64,000 nt of DNA from a bacterium (GTDB lineage: Bacteria; Patescibacteriota; Minisyncoccia; Moranbacterales; GWC2-37-73): the NCBI GenBank assembly GCA_037140955.1, contig JBAXDL010000001.1, forward strand, positions 114,319-178,318. Reading direction: 5' to 3'. The position numbers were made by a program, and so were the translations under genes. Each line of letters begins with the position of its first letter. Positions within the stretch are counted from its first letter, which is position 1. The notes beneath the pieces were generated by a model. The model was not told the DNA's origin. It was given only the letters and a program-made list of their open reading frames with translations, and ran no database searches. Positions 28,590 to 38,382 of this stretch are shown here, one piece after another.

Positions 28590-28773
28590 ATTTTTTATAT
28601 TGTTGTGGAAAATATTTCAACATTTTTATTATATCAAACAAGCCACTATTTGTCAATATCTATATTTTAAAAACAATATGCTTCCACATAAATTGACAAA
28701 ATAATATATACTACGTTGTTAAGATGAATCAGCAAAAACATCCTAACAACATTTAACCACTAACTTCAAATAT

Positions 28774-28983
28774 ATGAATAATCTACAAAAGCTTGTTGCA
28801 AAATATGAAGATTACAAACTTAGCATCCTAATCAAAGAGATTGAAGATACTGAGAAAGAGAATTTAAGTAAAAGTAAAGAAAAAACAAAATATATAAGCC
28901 CTCGTTCACTTTTTCTTGGAACCCAAACGAATACTGAGAAGATATTTATCATTCTTGAACAAAAAGAGTATTCCCCTGTATAA
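28774..28983 (+). CDS. small K/E-rich hypothetical protein (69 aa)
   Basis: ORF downstream of the divergent promoter and +1 hairpin; weak SD. Confidence 0.3.
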   Translation: MNNLQKLVAKYEDYKLSILIKEIEDTEKENLSKSKEKTKYISPRSLFLGTQTNTEKIFIILEQKEYSPV

Positions 28984-29143
28984 TCGGCAAGAAAAAAATC
29001 ACCTTCTTGCCTCTCCTGTTGAGTTAGTCAAATTTTGATTGATTCATAAGAGAAAAGTTCTTTAAAATTTTTACAACCCATAACGACACGGAGCTCTCAC
29101 TTAGTGAGGCACGATTACGGAATATGGGGAGAGGGAGAACAAA

Positions 29144-29320
29144 ATGAGTGAAGAGTGTAATTGTGATTGGTGTTTGGGATATTCATCCAGTGACGATTTG
29201 TCATTAGCAGCAAAAGAAGTGCGCATAGTTGAAGAGCGTCGCAGGCGGGAAAGCAATATAAGCGACGATGACAGGGTGCGAGTAGGTCGCATCCTTCGAG
29301 ACTTAGGTATTGTGAGGTAG
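29144..29320 (+). CDS. 58-aa Cys-containing small protein (MSEECNCDWCLGY...)
   Basis: SD GGGGAGAGGGAG 7 nt before the ATG; ends at the shared terminator; overlaps the implausible minus ORF 29101-29364. Confidence 0.35.
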   Translation: MSEECNCDWCLGYSSSDDLSLAAKEVRIVEERRRRESNISDDDRVRVGRILRDLGIVR

Positions 29321-29323
29321 CTT

Positions 29324-29357
29324 AAAGGCGGAACGTAAAACGTTCCGCCTCTTTTTT
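29324..29357 (+). terminator. terminator AAAGGCGGAACG-TAAAA-CGTTCCGCCTCTTTTTT (copy 1 of an identical 34-bp element)
   Basis: same sequence at 31446-31480. Confidence 0.6.
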
Positions 29358-29397
29358 GTTTCAATTTCGTATTTTACTAAAAACTAATAATTATAAA

Positions 29398-30174
29398 CTA
29401 TTTAACGCTATTCCAAACAATCTCAAACATTGATTTGTATGTCTGCGCAACATCACTGCTTTCAATTACCACAGCCATAGGCTCATCTTTAAAAGAAAAG
29501 ATGGCCAATTTGTTTCCAAAAATAATATTATCGGTTGGGAAAAGACACTCTTTTGGTGCAAATTTGATCTGATGAATGCCTTGCTCTCTTCTGTTTGTAT
29601 ATTCAATAGATTCCTTGTCTGATTGTAAAAGTTCGCGCACCCTTGTTTGATTTTTGGCAATATCGGCAAAATGTTTTTCTGCTTTTGCCAAAAGCTCTTT
29701 TGGAATTGCACCCAATGAGGCAAAGATGTCGATTTCTTTTTCTTTAAATATTTCATCATACAATTTCACTACGCTTTCACCACCTTGATAATATGTCACC
29801 TTTGGCTTTTCTTTCTTAGTATTGAACATTGCCATAAGCTCTGGCATATTGGCTTTTATAAGTTGCTGTTTCTCTCTCTGCTCTTCCAAAAGTTGTTCAG
29901 GGGAATTGGCAGTATAGAGAACTTTTGCCTTGCGTGGCAAAAGCATTACCAATCCTTTCATGCGAAGTTCTTCCAAGAGCAGATAGGTTGTTGGTCTTTT
30001 TGTCCCAGCTTTGACCGAAATTGCAGGAACTGAGCCTTTTCCCATCTGCAAAACAGCCAAGTATACTTTGGCTTGTTTTTCATTGAGTCCTAAATTCATC
30101 AGCACTTCTTCGAGTTGCATATTCTTTTCTTTGTCATTCCGGGCTTGACCCGGAATCCAGGCCCGCATTTTCAA
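29398..30174 (-). CDS. TrmB-family HTH transcriptional regulator (paralog 3); true start probably at 30120 (MQLEEVL...)
   Basis: LGLNEKQAKVYLAVLQMG...TKRPTTYLLLEELRMKGLV; the first 18 codons of the ORF are read through the MITE-like repeat. Confidence 0.6.
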   Translation of the reverse strand: MKMRAWIPGQARNDKEKNMQLEEVLMNLGLNEKQAKVYLAVLQMGKGSVPAISVKAGTKRPTTYLLLEELRMKGLVMLLPRKAKVLYTANSPEQLLEEQREKQQLIKANMPELMAMFNTKKEKPKVTYYQGGESVVKLYDEIFKEKEIDIFASLGAIPKELLAKAEKHFADIAKNQTRVRELLQSDKESIEYTNRREQGIHQIKFAPKECLFPTDNIIFGNKLAIFSFKDEPMAVVIESSDVAQTYKSMFEIVWNSVK

Positions 30175-30221
30175 TTTTTATCTCAACTTAGAACCTGGAT
30201 TCCCGCCTTCGCGGGAATGAC
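30133..30221. mobile_element. MITE-like palindromic element, copy 1 (GTCATTCCGGGCTTGACCCGGAATCCAGG ... CCTGGATTCCCGCCTTCGCGGGAATGAC)
   Basis: two hairpin arms as terminal inverted repeats around a 32-nt spacer; second copy at 36826-36905. Confidence 0.55.
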
Positions 30222-30342
30222 ATGATTATTACCTATATTTTCATTATATCTCATATCAAATAAAATGTCAATATTACTGACTACATATTCATATTATACT
30301 TTATTATAGCTATATTTTAGCTATTTAATTAGGCACTATAAT

Positions 30343-30371
30343 TGACACTTTTGCTATTTAGCTGTATACTA
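30343..30371 (+). promoter_or_regulatory. promoter TTGACA-N17-TATACT with conserved ACACTGTTAAGATGAATTAACA +1 hairpin
   Basis: same architecture as 5820-5848. Confidence 0.45.
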
Positions 30372-30453
30372 CACTGTTAAGATGAATTAACAAATCTCAA
30401 TAAAAGTTCTTTCAAAATTTAATCACCTAAACCCAAATGAAAGGAGAGCTACC

Positions 30454-30699
30454 ATGAAAGAATTCTCAACTAGTTGCCTAGATTACATTGCTTTCTTAGC
30501 GATTATACCTACAACTGCAATGTCTTTCGTTATTACTGGCGCATTAATTATGGGAGGAAAAAATCACGATACACTCTCATTTATTCAGGCTGTTATTGGA
30601 GCAGCTATAGGATGGATTATTTGGTTTATAATTCAGAGGCTTTTTAAAAAATACTACATTCACTGGGATGAAATACTAAAACTTAATAATGGAAGGTGA
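30454..30699 (+). CDS. 81-aa two-helix membrane protein
   Basis: SD AAAGGAGAG; hydrophobic helices with small-residue (GxxxA/G) motifs. Confidence 0.45.
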   Translation: MKEFSTSCLDYIAFLAIIPTTAMSFVITGALIMGGKNHDTLSFIQAVIGAAIGWIIWFIIQRLFKKYYIHWDEILKLNNGR

Positions 30700-30804
30700 T
30701 TAAATTTCAGGCGAGAAAGTTTAACAAAACTTCTCTCGCCTCTCTCATTGAGTTCATACTAAGGGTGAATTCACAGGAGAATAGTTCATTAAAAACTACA
30801 CAAT

Positions 30805-30816
30805 GGCCGACGGGCC
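30805..30816 (+). promoter_or_regulatory. leader hairpin GGCC-GACG-GGCC upstream of SD (copy C)
   Basis: covaries with copies A1 and A2; followed by TTAAACGAAAAGGAG and an ATG. Confidence 0.4.
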
Positions 30817-30837
30817 TTAAACGAAAAGGAGATTATC

Positions 30838-31413
30838 ATGCGAAATTATCAAATTAACAATTGTGCTGAATGCAAAAAAACTTTGGAAAAAAATGAGAAC
30901 GTAAATATCCGTCATGTATACGGAATGCCAGAAGCTATATGTGATTCATGCTGGAATAAAAGAAAAGTTTTACGGTCTTACATTATTTCCGATCTTCCTC
31001 AGGAAATTTATCACGAAGAAGATGTATACCTAGGTTACTTCCCTGCAGTCATACTAAGTGAAGTTTGTGAAATAGAAGAATTTCAGGGATTAAACAGTGA
31101 TGGTAGAATAAAGAGGGATAATAGTGGCTGTTATTTGGACTGTTATTATCCATCGTGCTCAGAAGACATTCAGAGTGATTTATTTGAAGAAATTTGGAAA
31201 AATAAAAACACTAAAAGTTGGAAGAAAGAGGTTTGGCATTTTGCGGGAGATTCTTCCTGGAGCATTAATGTTTACAGTCAATATTATTCATCGCAAAATA
31301 TTAAAATTGCACGGATTTACCAAGAAGCTAATATGGAAGTAATTTTTCCAGAAAGCTTACGACCTTTCATTTGCAGAGAAGCAATTGAAAAAGATATGTT
31401 CTTTCGAGACTAG
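30838..31413 (+). CDS. Cys-rich hypothetical protein with N-terminal zinc-ribbon-like motif (191 aa)
   Basis: NNCAECKK...CDSCWNK; later CYLDCYYPSC. Confidence 0.5.
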   Translation: MRNYQINNCAECKKTLEKNENVNIRHVYGMPEAICDSCWNKRKVLRSYIISDLPQEIYHEEDVYLGYFPAVILSEVCEIEEFQGLNSDGRIKRDNSGCYLDCYYPSCSEDIQSDLFEEIWKNKNTKSWKKEVWHFAGDSSWSINVYSQYYSSQNIKIARIYQEANMEVIFPESLRPFICREAIEKDMFFRD

Positions 31414-31445
31414 CTTATAAAAAAAATAAAAGGAGGTGATAAAGC

Positions 31446-31480
31446 AAAGGCGGAACGTAAAACGTTCCGCCTCTTTTTTT
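31446..31480 (+). terminator. terminator, copy 2 of the identical 34-bp element
   Basis: AAAGGCGGAACGTAAAACGTTCCGCCTCTTTTTTT. Confidence 0.6.
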
Positions 31481-31529
31481 ATTCTGCTTTTATACAAGAT
31501 ACTTTATACAATATACATTCTACATTTTT

Positions 31530-34500
31530 CTACACCACCCTCTCCACCTCCTCCAAACTCGTCTCCCCTTCCAAAACTTTCAATAATCCATCTTGCTCCA
31601 TGGTGATCATGCCATTTTCAACTGCCTTGTCACGAATTTGTGAAGATGATGATCCTTGCGTGATCAATTCTTCAATGTCGCGATCAACCACCAAAACTTC
31701 GCTGATTGTTGTGCGTCCTTTATATCCAATATTATTGCATTTTTCGCAACCATTAGGTTCAAAAACTTTTTCTATTGCCGGAACGATGATACCTGATTTT
31801 TCTGAAATACTTTCCAAGATTTTTTTCATGCTAGCAACCTCATCTTGATTTAATGCTCTTTCCTTTTTGCAATTACAAAGTTTTCGCACCAATCGCTGAG
31901 CCATCAAAGCATTGACCGCTGTGGCCAAATCATCAGAGCGAACACCCATGTTGATCAAGCGCTGAATTGAGCCAGCAGCATCATTTGTGTGCAGTGTAGA
32001 GAGAATTGAATGACCAGTCAGCGCTGCCTGAATTGCAATGTTGGCAGTTTCCTCATCACGAATTTCACCAATCATCATGATATCAGGATTTTGACGAAGC
32101 AATGCTCGCAAAGCTGTTGAAAAAGAATATCCCTCTTTGTCATTAACAGATGTTTGCAAAATTCCATCCAGCTGATATTCAATCGGGTCTTCAACTGTGA
32201 TGATCTTTACTTCTGGATTGTTCAAAACTTTAAGTGCACTATACAACGTGGTTGTTTTTCCAGACCCAGTTGGTCCAGTGGTCAAGAAAACTCCATTTGG
32301 TTTTTTCGTTTCAGTCAAAATCTTTTCCAAATTTTGTTTCCTGATTCCCAATTTTTCAAGATCAAGCGCAACTGATGATTTGTTGAGAAGTCGCATCACC
32401 ACCGTTTCCCCATATCCTCCCAAAATTATTGAAACACGAACATCAACTTTTGTGTCAGTGATGTGTTTGTATGGCTTTTCCAGGGCAATTGAAAAACGAG
32501 AATCCATCACGCCACCACGCACTTCAGTGGAAAAGCCACTCAAAAACTTGATGCTTCCAAGCAGGCTAGGATATTCATTCAAAGGTATTTCCGCAATTGT
32601 TTGCAAGATTCCATCCATGCGATAACGAACTTTCACACTCTTTTCTTCTGGTTCAATGTGAATGTCACCAACATTCAACAGCAAACTGCTGGCAAAGATA
32701 TATTTAGCACTACTTTTTTGATTTGATTTTTCAATCAATTCCTTGAGATTTTCTCTGGGTGAAATTTTCTCTTCCACAAGCACCATGTCTTCTTCTGAAA
32801 TATCAATTGAGCGAGACATTGATTGTGCCATCAATTTTTCATAAATCTCTTCCAAAAATTCTGTCTGTCCTGTTGCGCGCCAAACTTCATCCATTGATGT
32901 AAGCCCTTCAATGGCTTTCAAAATTCCGTCTTGTGCCATGGTGATCATTCCATCTTCCAAGGCTGTTTGTGCAATTTCTCGTTCTCCACCCATTTCCAAA
33001 ATCAATTTTTCAATGTTCTCTGAAATTGTCAGCACCTCAAAAATTCCAATGCGCCCCTTGAATCCAAGTCCATGACATTTGTCACAACCAACTGGACGAT
33101 AAAGTTTTTCAATATTTTTTGGTATTTCAATTTTTGCTTTGGGAGAAATGATGGCAAGAATTTTCTTGATACTATCAGTAGTTTCCTTGGCTGGAACATA
33201 TTCCTCCATGCAATTTGAGCACAATTTTCGCACCAAGCGTTGTGCAATAAAAGCATTCACAGAAGGAGCAATAATGTTTGGCTTCACTCCAAGTTCAATA
33301 AAGCGAGGAATTGAAGCTGGCGCATTGTTGGTGTGCAAAGTTGAAAGCACAAGATGACCCGTAAGGGCAGCGTTCACTGAAATATCAGCTGTTTCCTCAT
33401 CACGAATTTCACCAACCAAAATAACATCAGGATCTTGACGCACAATCGCGCGAAGACCTTCCGCAAAAGTATAGTTTCGATCTTTGGCAATTTGTGTTTG
33501 TGAAATATTTTTCACTTCATATTCAATCGGATCTTCAATTGTGATTATTTTTACACCGGCTGTGTTTAACTTGTTAACAAGTGCATAAAGTGTGGTCGTT
33601 TTCCCGCTGCCAGTTGGTCCTGTTGTCAAAATCATACCATGCGGTTTTGCAACTTCTCTTTGCACGCTTTCATAGGCCAAGCCTCGCAATCCCAAATCTT
33701 CCACGGAAAGCATAATATCAGCCTGACTCAAAAGCCTCATAACAACTGACTCTCCATGATTTCCTGGAATAATATTTGTTCTCACATTTATCTTACCTTC
33801 ATCCATCTCAACCGAAAAATGACCATCTTGCGCAATGTCGCGAATGTTGATTTTCATCTTTCCCATCATCTTGATGCGGGACAAAATGAAACGATAGGTT
33901 TCGTTTGGAAATTTTCCAACATCCTGCAAAACACCATCGATGCGAAAACGCATTCTGACATCTTCCTCTTGTGGTTCAAAATGAACATCACTGGCCTTCA
34001 TTTTCACAGCGCCAGCCATGATAATTGAAATGATTTGAGTTGTTGGAATTTCCTGAATTCTTTTTTTCAGATCCAGCATGTTTCCAAAGTCTTTTTCAAA
34101 TTTTTCCAAATCTTCACCACTCAAAGTGATTTGCATTGCTTCCAGATTTTCCAACATTGGAATTTCAGCATATCTTTTCCAGATTTTTTCCAGAGAAGAT
34201 TTTGAAATTACATACAAATAAACAACCCAGCCTTTTTCAGACTTGAGCGCTTCAACATATTCGATTGTTTTTTTATTTGTCGGATCAACAACTCCAATTC
34301 TGGCTTCCTTACCTGCTTTTTGAAAAACACAAAGACCAAATTCTCTTGATTCTTTTTCGTCAATAACTCTCAAATCATCCGCGGCAACTGGAAAAATATT
34401 CAAATCAACATAGGAAAGATTGTTAGCATTGGCAACTTGAGCAGCTTGCTCCTCTTCTGATTGCCCTCGCATGCGCTGCATAATCTTTTCAGATTGTTCG

Positions 34501-34556
34501 TCTTTTTCGGTAGAATGTATTAATTTTTTATTTGAAATTTTTACCATATACCTCAA
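31530..34556 (-). CDS. tandem-duplicated GspE/PilB-type secretion/pilus ATPase (two complete ATPase modules in one 1008-aa polypeptide)
   Basis: two sets of N2 domain + Walker A GPTGSGKTTTLY + Asp box + Walker B (DPDVILVGEIRD / NPDIMMIGEIRD) + His box (GHLVLSTLHTN / GHSILSTLHTN) + tetracysteine (CSNC..CDKC / CNCK..CEKC). Confidence 0.8.
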   Translation of the reverse strand: MRYMVKISNKKLIHSTEKDEQSEKIMQRMRGQSEEEQAAQVANANNLSYVDLNIFPVAADDLRVIDEKESREFGLCVFQKAGKEARIGVVDPTNKKTIEYVEALKSEKGWVVYLYVISKSSLEKIWKRYAEIPMLENLEAMQITLSGEDLEKFEKDFGNMLDLKKRIQEIPTTQIISIIMAGAVKMKASDVHFEPQEEDVRMRFRIDGVLQDVGKFPNETYRFILSRIKMMGKMKINIRDIAQDGHFSVEMDEGKINVRTNIIPGNHGESVVMRLLSQADIMLSVEDLGLRGLAYESVQREVAKPHGMILTTGPTGSGKTTTLYALVNKLNTAGVKIITIEDPIEYEVKNISQTQIAKDRNYTFAEGLRAIVRQDPDVILVGEIRDEETADISVNAALTGHLVLSTLHTNNAPASIPRFIELGVKPNIIAPSVNAFIAQRLVRKLCSNCMEEYVPAKETTDSIKKILAIISPKAKIEIPKNIEKLYRPVGCDKCHGLGFKGRIGIFEVLTISENIEKLILEMGGEREIAQTALEDGMITMAQDGILKAIEGLTSMDEVWRATGQTEFLEEIYEKLMAQSMSRSIDISEEDMVLVEEKISPRENLKELIEKSNQKSSAKYIFASSLLLNVGDIHIEPEEKSVKVRYRMDGILQTIAEIPLNEYPSLLGSIKFLSGFSTEVRGGVMDSRFSIALEKPYKHITDTKVDVRVSIILGGYGETVVMRLLNKSSVALDLEKLGIRKQNLEKILTETKKPNGVFLTTGPTGSGKTTTLYSALKVLNNPEVKIITVEDPIEYQLDGILQTSVNDKEGYSFSTALRALLRQNPDIMMIGEIRDEETANIAIQAALTGHSILSTLHTNDAAGSIQRLINMGVRSDDLATAVNALMAQRLVRKLCNCKKERALNQDEVASMKKILESISEKSGIIVPAIEKVFEPNGCEKCNNIGYKGRTTISEVLVVDRDIEELITQGSSSSQIRDKAVENGMITMEQDGLLKVLEGETSLEEVERVV

Positions 34557-34695
34557 GTACTAATTTTTTATTTTTATTTTAGCAAGCATTGTTTCTATAA
34601 AAACATTATACCGCAAATCAACCTTCTCGGCAAAACAAAAAACAACCAAGCAATAAGATTGGTTGTCGAAAAACAATATTCACATGAATTAAGAT

Positions 34696-35874
34696 TTATA
34701 TGACTAGCAATGCTGCTTTTATTTTTTCCACAATGCGTTGTCCCGATTCTTTTGTGTCAGTTGATTGCTCTGAAAATTCGCACATGTCACCCACAATTCG
34801 AACTTCCAAAATTTCACTAATTTTTTTCAACTGTTCATTATTGATGCATTTGACCACGCCATGCACTTGCCCAACTTCTTTGTTGTATAGCACCATAAAA
34901 ATCTTACCAGCAGAGTAATTTTCTTTAATTTTGTCCAAAATAAAAGGCACATCGCTTGGCTTGCTGCGACTTTGCACAAAATCCTCCAAAAAAACAGGTG
35001 CCCAGGCCAAAGCAATTTCATCTTCCCAAAAAAGTCTCGCCATCACACGACCCCAAAGTTTCAAAAGATGTAATGGTTGCGTTTTATACAAATATCGAAT
35101 TATTTTTTGTTGATCAGCGCCTTTTGACATCAGCATTGATGCTATTTGCAATGATTTTGGAGTAGTGTTCTTCTTTTGAAAACTATTTGTTGCATCAATA
35201 ATCCCAGTCAGCAAACTTTCTGCCATGTTTTCATCCAAGTCTTTTTGATTTATTTTGAAAATCAAATCAGCAACAACTTCTGATGTGCAAGATGCTGTGA
35301 TGTCAACAATATTTATCTGTCCAAAATTATCATTTGATCCATGATTATCAATGTTCACCACTGGCACTTCATAAAAAATATCAGGATTTTCCTCATACAC
35401 TTTTCCAAGTGACTCTTTGTCTGGAGATCCAAGCACAATCACCAAGTCATATTTGAACTTCGCAGGAATAAAAGAAAAATCACGAGGATCAATTGATCCT
35501 TTTTCTGGCGTAATGAAAATCCGCAATTCCTCATCAACTCTCTCAGTTCGCACATTAGTGATTTTGTTGAATTTTGTGTTAAAAGCCAACACAAAGTCAC
35601 GCGCACCAGCCAATGAATCAATGATTTCTTCAGGTTTAGTTAAAAACAAAAATCTTTCCAGATATTCCTCGCCGGTGGGAACAACAACTGTCACTTCAAT
35701 ATTATTTTTTTTCAAGAAAAAATAAGTTGCCCAAGCAGCCCCAACAGCATCACCAGAAAAATCTTGCGCCATAAAAACAAGCGCGTGCTTGGAATTTTTC
35801 AAGACATTATTAAATTGTTGAGCATAATCCAAACTCATGAAAAAAATCTCATCTAAAAAGTAATTTTTTGCCAA
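34696..35874 (-). CDS. DHH/DHHA1-family phosphoesterase-like protein (NrnA-like, motif III degenerate DNH)
   Basis: QDFSGDAVGA motif I-like; NIDNHGSN in place of DHH; C-terminal DHHA1-like region. Confidence 0.45.
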   Translation of the reverse strand: MAKNYFLDEIFFMSLDYAQQFNNVLKNSKHALVFMAQDFSGDAVGAAWATYFFLKKNNIEVTVVVPTGEEYLERFLFLTKPEEIIDSLAGARDFVLAFNTKFNKITNVRTERVDEELRIFITPEKGSIDPRDFSFIPAKFKYDLVIVLGSPDKESLGKVYEENPDIFYEVPVVNIDNHGSNDNFGQINIVDITASCTSEVVADLIFKINQKDLDENMAESLLTGIIDATNSFQKKNTTPKSLQIASMLMSKGADQQKIIRYLYKTQPLHLLKLWGRVMARLFWEDEIALAWAPVFLEDFVQSRSKPSDVPFILDKIKENYSAGKIFMVLYNKEVGQVHGVVKCINNEQLKKISEILEVRIVGDMCEFSEQSTDTKESGQRIVEKIKAALLVI

Positions 35875-36026
35875 TCAACTAAGTAATATAAAGTAACAGT
35901 CATTTTGACCTATGTCAACCAAACGCTTGACAATAAGCCACTTTGGGTGTATAATTGCAAGTCAAATTAGTTGTTTTAAATGACAAAAAACCACACCGTG
36001 ACGCCAAGCGTCCAAAGGAGAAGGTT

Positions 36027-36278
36027 ATGAAAAAGTTCGTTTTGTTGGTTTTTGGATCATTGTTGCTGTCTGGCTGCATGGTTAGGATAATTCCGAATGG
36101 ATACGTGGACACGGGAGCTGTGTACTACCAGCAACCACAGGTGTATTATCAGCCACCTCCCGTAGTCTATTACTCACCTCCACCAATAGACTATGGTAGG
36201 CCCACGGGAGTATGGTTTCCGTGGGGAAACTTCAGAGATGATTGTCGAAAAGATGACCGTCACCGAAGGAGGAGATAA
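36027..36278 (+). CDS. small lipoprotein with Y/P/Q-rich repeat region
   Basis: SD AAAGGAGAAGG; lipobox LLLSGC; YYQQPQVYYQPPPVVYYSPPP. Confidence 0.5.
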   Translation: MKKFVLLVFGSLLLSGCMVRIIPNGYVDTGAVYYQQPQVYYQPPPVVYYSPPPIDYGRPTGVWFPWGNFRDDCRKDDRHRRRR

Positions 36279-36339
36279 AAAAATATTGAGGCAGTTTGAT
36301 AAAAATCAAGCTGCCTCCTTTCTTTACTAATTCATCTTT

Positions 36340-36873
36340 TTGAGCTATGTTTTATCCTATATGGAAAACAATCACATTTCACCATCAGCAGCAACAACGA
36401 AAAAACTTGGACAACTTCTTGGCCAAGAACTTTGTGGTGGCGAAATAATTTGCTTGTCTGGGGATCTTGGTGCCGGCAAAACAACCTTCACGCAAGGACT
36501 TTTGAGTGGATTGAAAATAAAAGGACCCTACACGAGCCCAACCTTTGCAATTCTCAAGCAGTATAATGTATTAAGTAAAAAGTATAATGCAAAATCCATT
36601 ATACATGATGTATATCATATTGATGCATATCGCATTACATCAAAAGATTTACTAGAACTTGGCTTTAAGGATTTTGCAAATAAAGAAGATTCCATAGTCA
36701 TCATTGAATGGCCTGAGAATGTCAAAAAAATAATCCCCACCACCGCACTATGGATTAACTTCGAGTGGCTGAGCGAAAAAGAAAGAAAAATTACACTATC
36801 AACAAAAAAAGAGCAGCATGGCAATGTCATTCCGGGCTTGACCCGGAATCCAGAGAGTTTCACTAAAAAATAA
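36340..36873 (+). CDS. tsaE: tRNA threonylcarbamoyladenosine biosynthesis ATPase TsaE
   Basis: LSGDLGAGKTTFTQGLL P-loop; the C-terminal 12 codons are read out of the MITE-like element. Confidence 0.8.
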   Translation: MSYVLSYMENNHISPSAATTKKLGQLLGQELCGGEIICLSGDLGAGKTTFTQGLLSGLKIKGPYTSPTFAILKQYNVLSKKYNAKSIIHDVYHIDAYRITSKDLLELGFKDFANKEDSIVIIEWPENVKKIIPTTALWINFEWLSEKERKITLSTKKEQHGNVIPGLTRNPESFTKK

Positions 36874-36905
36874 AAAACCTGGATTCCCGCCTTCGCGGGA
36901 ATGAC
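36826..36905. mobile_element. MITE-like palindromic element, copy 2
   Basis: same terminal hairpins as 30133-30221, 24-nt spacer. Confidence 0.55.
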
Positions 36906-36998
36906 AAAATTTTAAAACAAAAAAAGAGTACCCAACTCTTTTTTTGTTATGCATTTTCTTGATGAACTTTATGAACTTGAAAAACTTGATGAACTTTT

Positions 36999-38048
36999 TT
37001 AATTGACCTCAATATCAATATGTCTGACTTCTGGAATTTCATCTTTAATTTTCTTTTCAACATCGTCTATTCTTGTACCGATCATACGCGGAACCCTGTC
37101 TGCATAGTCCACACAAAAGCGCAAAAATTCATCATAATCACCATCAATCTCCTCAAATTCCCTTTTGAGAGCATCTTTGCGATACATCTTTCTCATCAGT
37201 GCACTGCCATTTATCTCCACCTCGCACTTTATGTGATATTTTCCAATATCAATAACAACTGATTTAAAATCAATAACTTTTTCAATAGCAGGATCACCCT
37301 CCAAGATTTCAATCACTTTTTCTTCGATCTCCTCAGGAATTGATTTGCGCATCAAAAAACCACGATTGATGTTGATAAGGACAATTGCCATCGCCCCCAA
37401 AAGAACACCAATAACAATAGAACCCATAGCATCCCAAATAGGATTTCCAGTGTACCTAGATAGCAGAATGCTAAAAAAAGCCACGCTCACACCAAGCACT
37501 GCCACTGCATCTTCCAAAAGAACTGCGATCGTGGTGGGATCGCCATAAGAAAAAATGTCTTTCCATTTTCTTTTTTTGTTGTTTGCTCTAAGTTCGCGCA
37601 GTGCAATAAAAAAGGTTCCCAATTCAATCACAAAAGATGTAGCCAAAATGAAAAGCGCAATTGATCCAACATGCACATCTTCTTTGTGCAAAAGCCCAAC
37701 AACTCCATGATAAATCGTTATGCCCGCACCCAAAAAGAAAATACTACAAGCAGAAATAAGTGCCCAAAAAAATCTTTCATTGGAATATCCATAATGAAAA
37801 TCACCATCCGACGGTCTTTGTGATTTCTTGATTCCCACCATCAAGAGAATTTGATTGAAAACATCAGCCACGCTGTGCACAGCCTCAGAAAAAAGAGCTC
37901 CGCTGCCAGTAGAGAAAAAACCAAACCATTTTATGATCATAATAAAAACATTTCCAGCCAAAGCTGCAAAAACAGGCAAGAACCCATGAGAATTTTTTGT
38001 ATTCATGTTTGCATTATAGCAGCATTTGTCTGCATTGACAAAAAACAA
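36999..38048 (-). CDS. cation diffusion facilitator family transporter
   Basis: 6 TM; HSVADVFN motif; C-terminal cytoplasmic domain. Confidence 0.8.
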   Translation of the reverse strand: MFFVNADKCCYNANMNTKNSHGFLPVFAALAGNVFIMIIKWFGFFSTGSGALFSEAVHSVADVFNQILLMVGIKKSQRPSDGDFHYGYSNERFFWALISACSIFFLGAGITIYHGVVGLLHKEDVHVGSIALFILATSFVIELGTFFIALRELRANNKKRKWKDIFSYGDPTTIAVLLEDAVAVLGVSVAFFSILLSRYTGNPIWDAMGSIVIGVLLGAMAIVLININRGFLMRKSIPEEIEEKVIEILEGDPAIEKVIDFKSVVIDIGKYHIKCEVEINGSALMRKMYRKDALKREFEEIDGDYDEFLRFCVDYADRVPRMIGTRIDDVEKKIKDEIPEVRHIDIEVN

Positions 38049-38063
38049 AATATATTATATTCT
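38035..38063 (+). promoter_or_regulatory. promoter TTGACA-N17-TATTCT
   Basis: upstream of the 38105 ORF. Confidence 0.4.
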
Positions 38064-38104
38064 ATTTATTCAATATAAAAATACCATCCCAAAGGAGGAT
38101 TGTC

Positions 38105-38368
38105 ATGGAAGAAATGGCATGCTTGGCAAAAAGAATCTCATCACAAGAAGAGCTTAATGATGCTTATTGTATGTGCGTAGAGCTATTTAATATTTTTTTT
38201 AAAAAAAATACACAAAATAGCGATACAGAGAACACGAATTTATTTGAAGAAGCTTGCGACGCACTCAGAGCAGAATTAAAAAGAAATTATATTGAAAATG
38301 ATTTCAGCAACGTAGAACTGTGTAAACTTACACATGAAGTACTTAGAATACGATTGCAAAAATTATGA
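38105..38368 (+). CDS. small acidic hypothetical protein (87 aa)
   Basis: SD AAAGGAGG; terminator follows. Confidence 0.4.
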   Translation: MEEMACLAKRISSQEELNDAYCMCVELFNIFFKKNTQNSDTENTNLFEEACDALRAELKRNYIENDFSNVELCKLTHEVLRIRLQKL

Positions 38369-38382
38369 CCAAGACGCTTATA

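Noticed and set aside
28707-28746. Tiny ORFs ATG-AAT-stop inside the conserved GATGAAT +1 hairpins
   Set aside because: There is no SD, and the conserved string is better explained as the 5' stem-loop or operator. Noted only as a curiosity.
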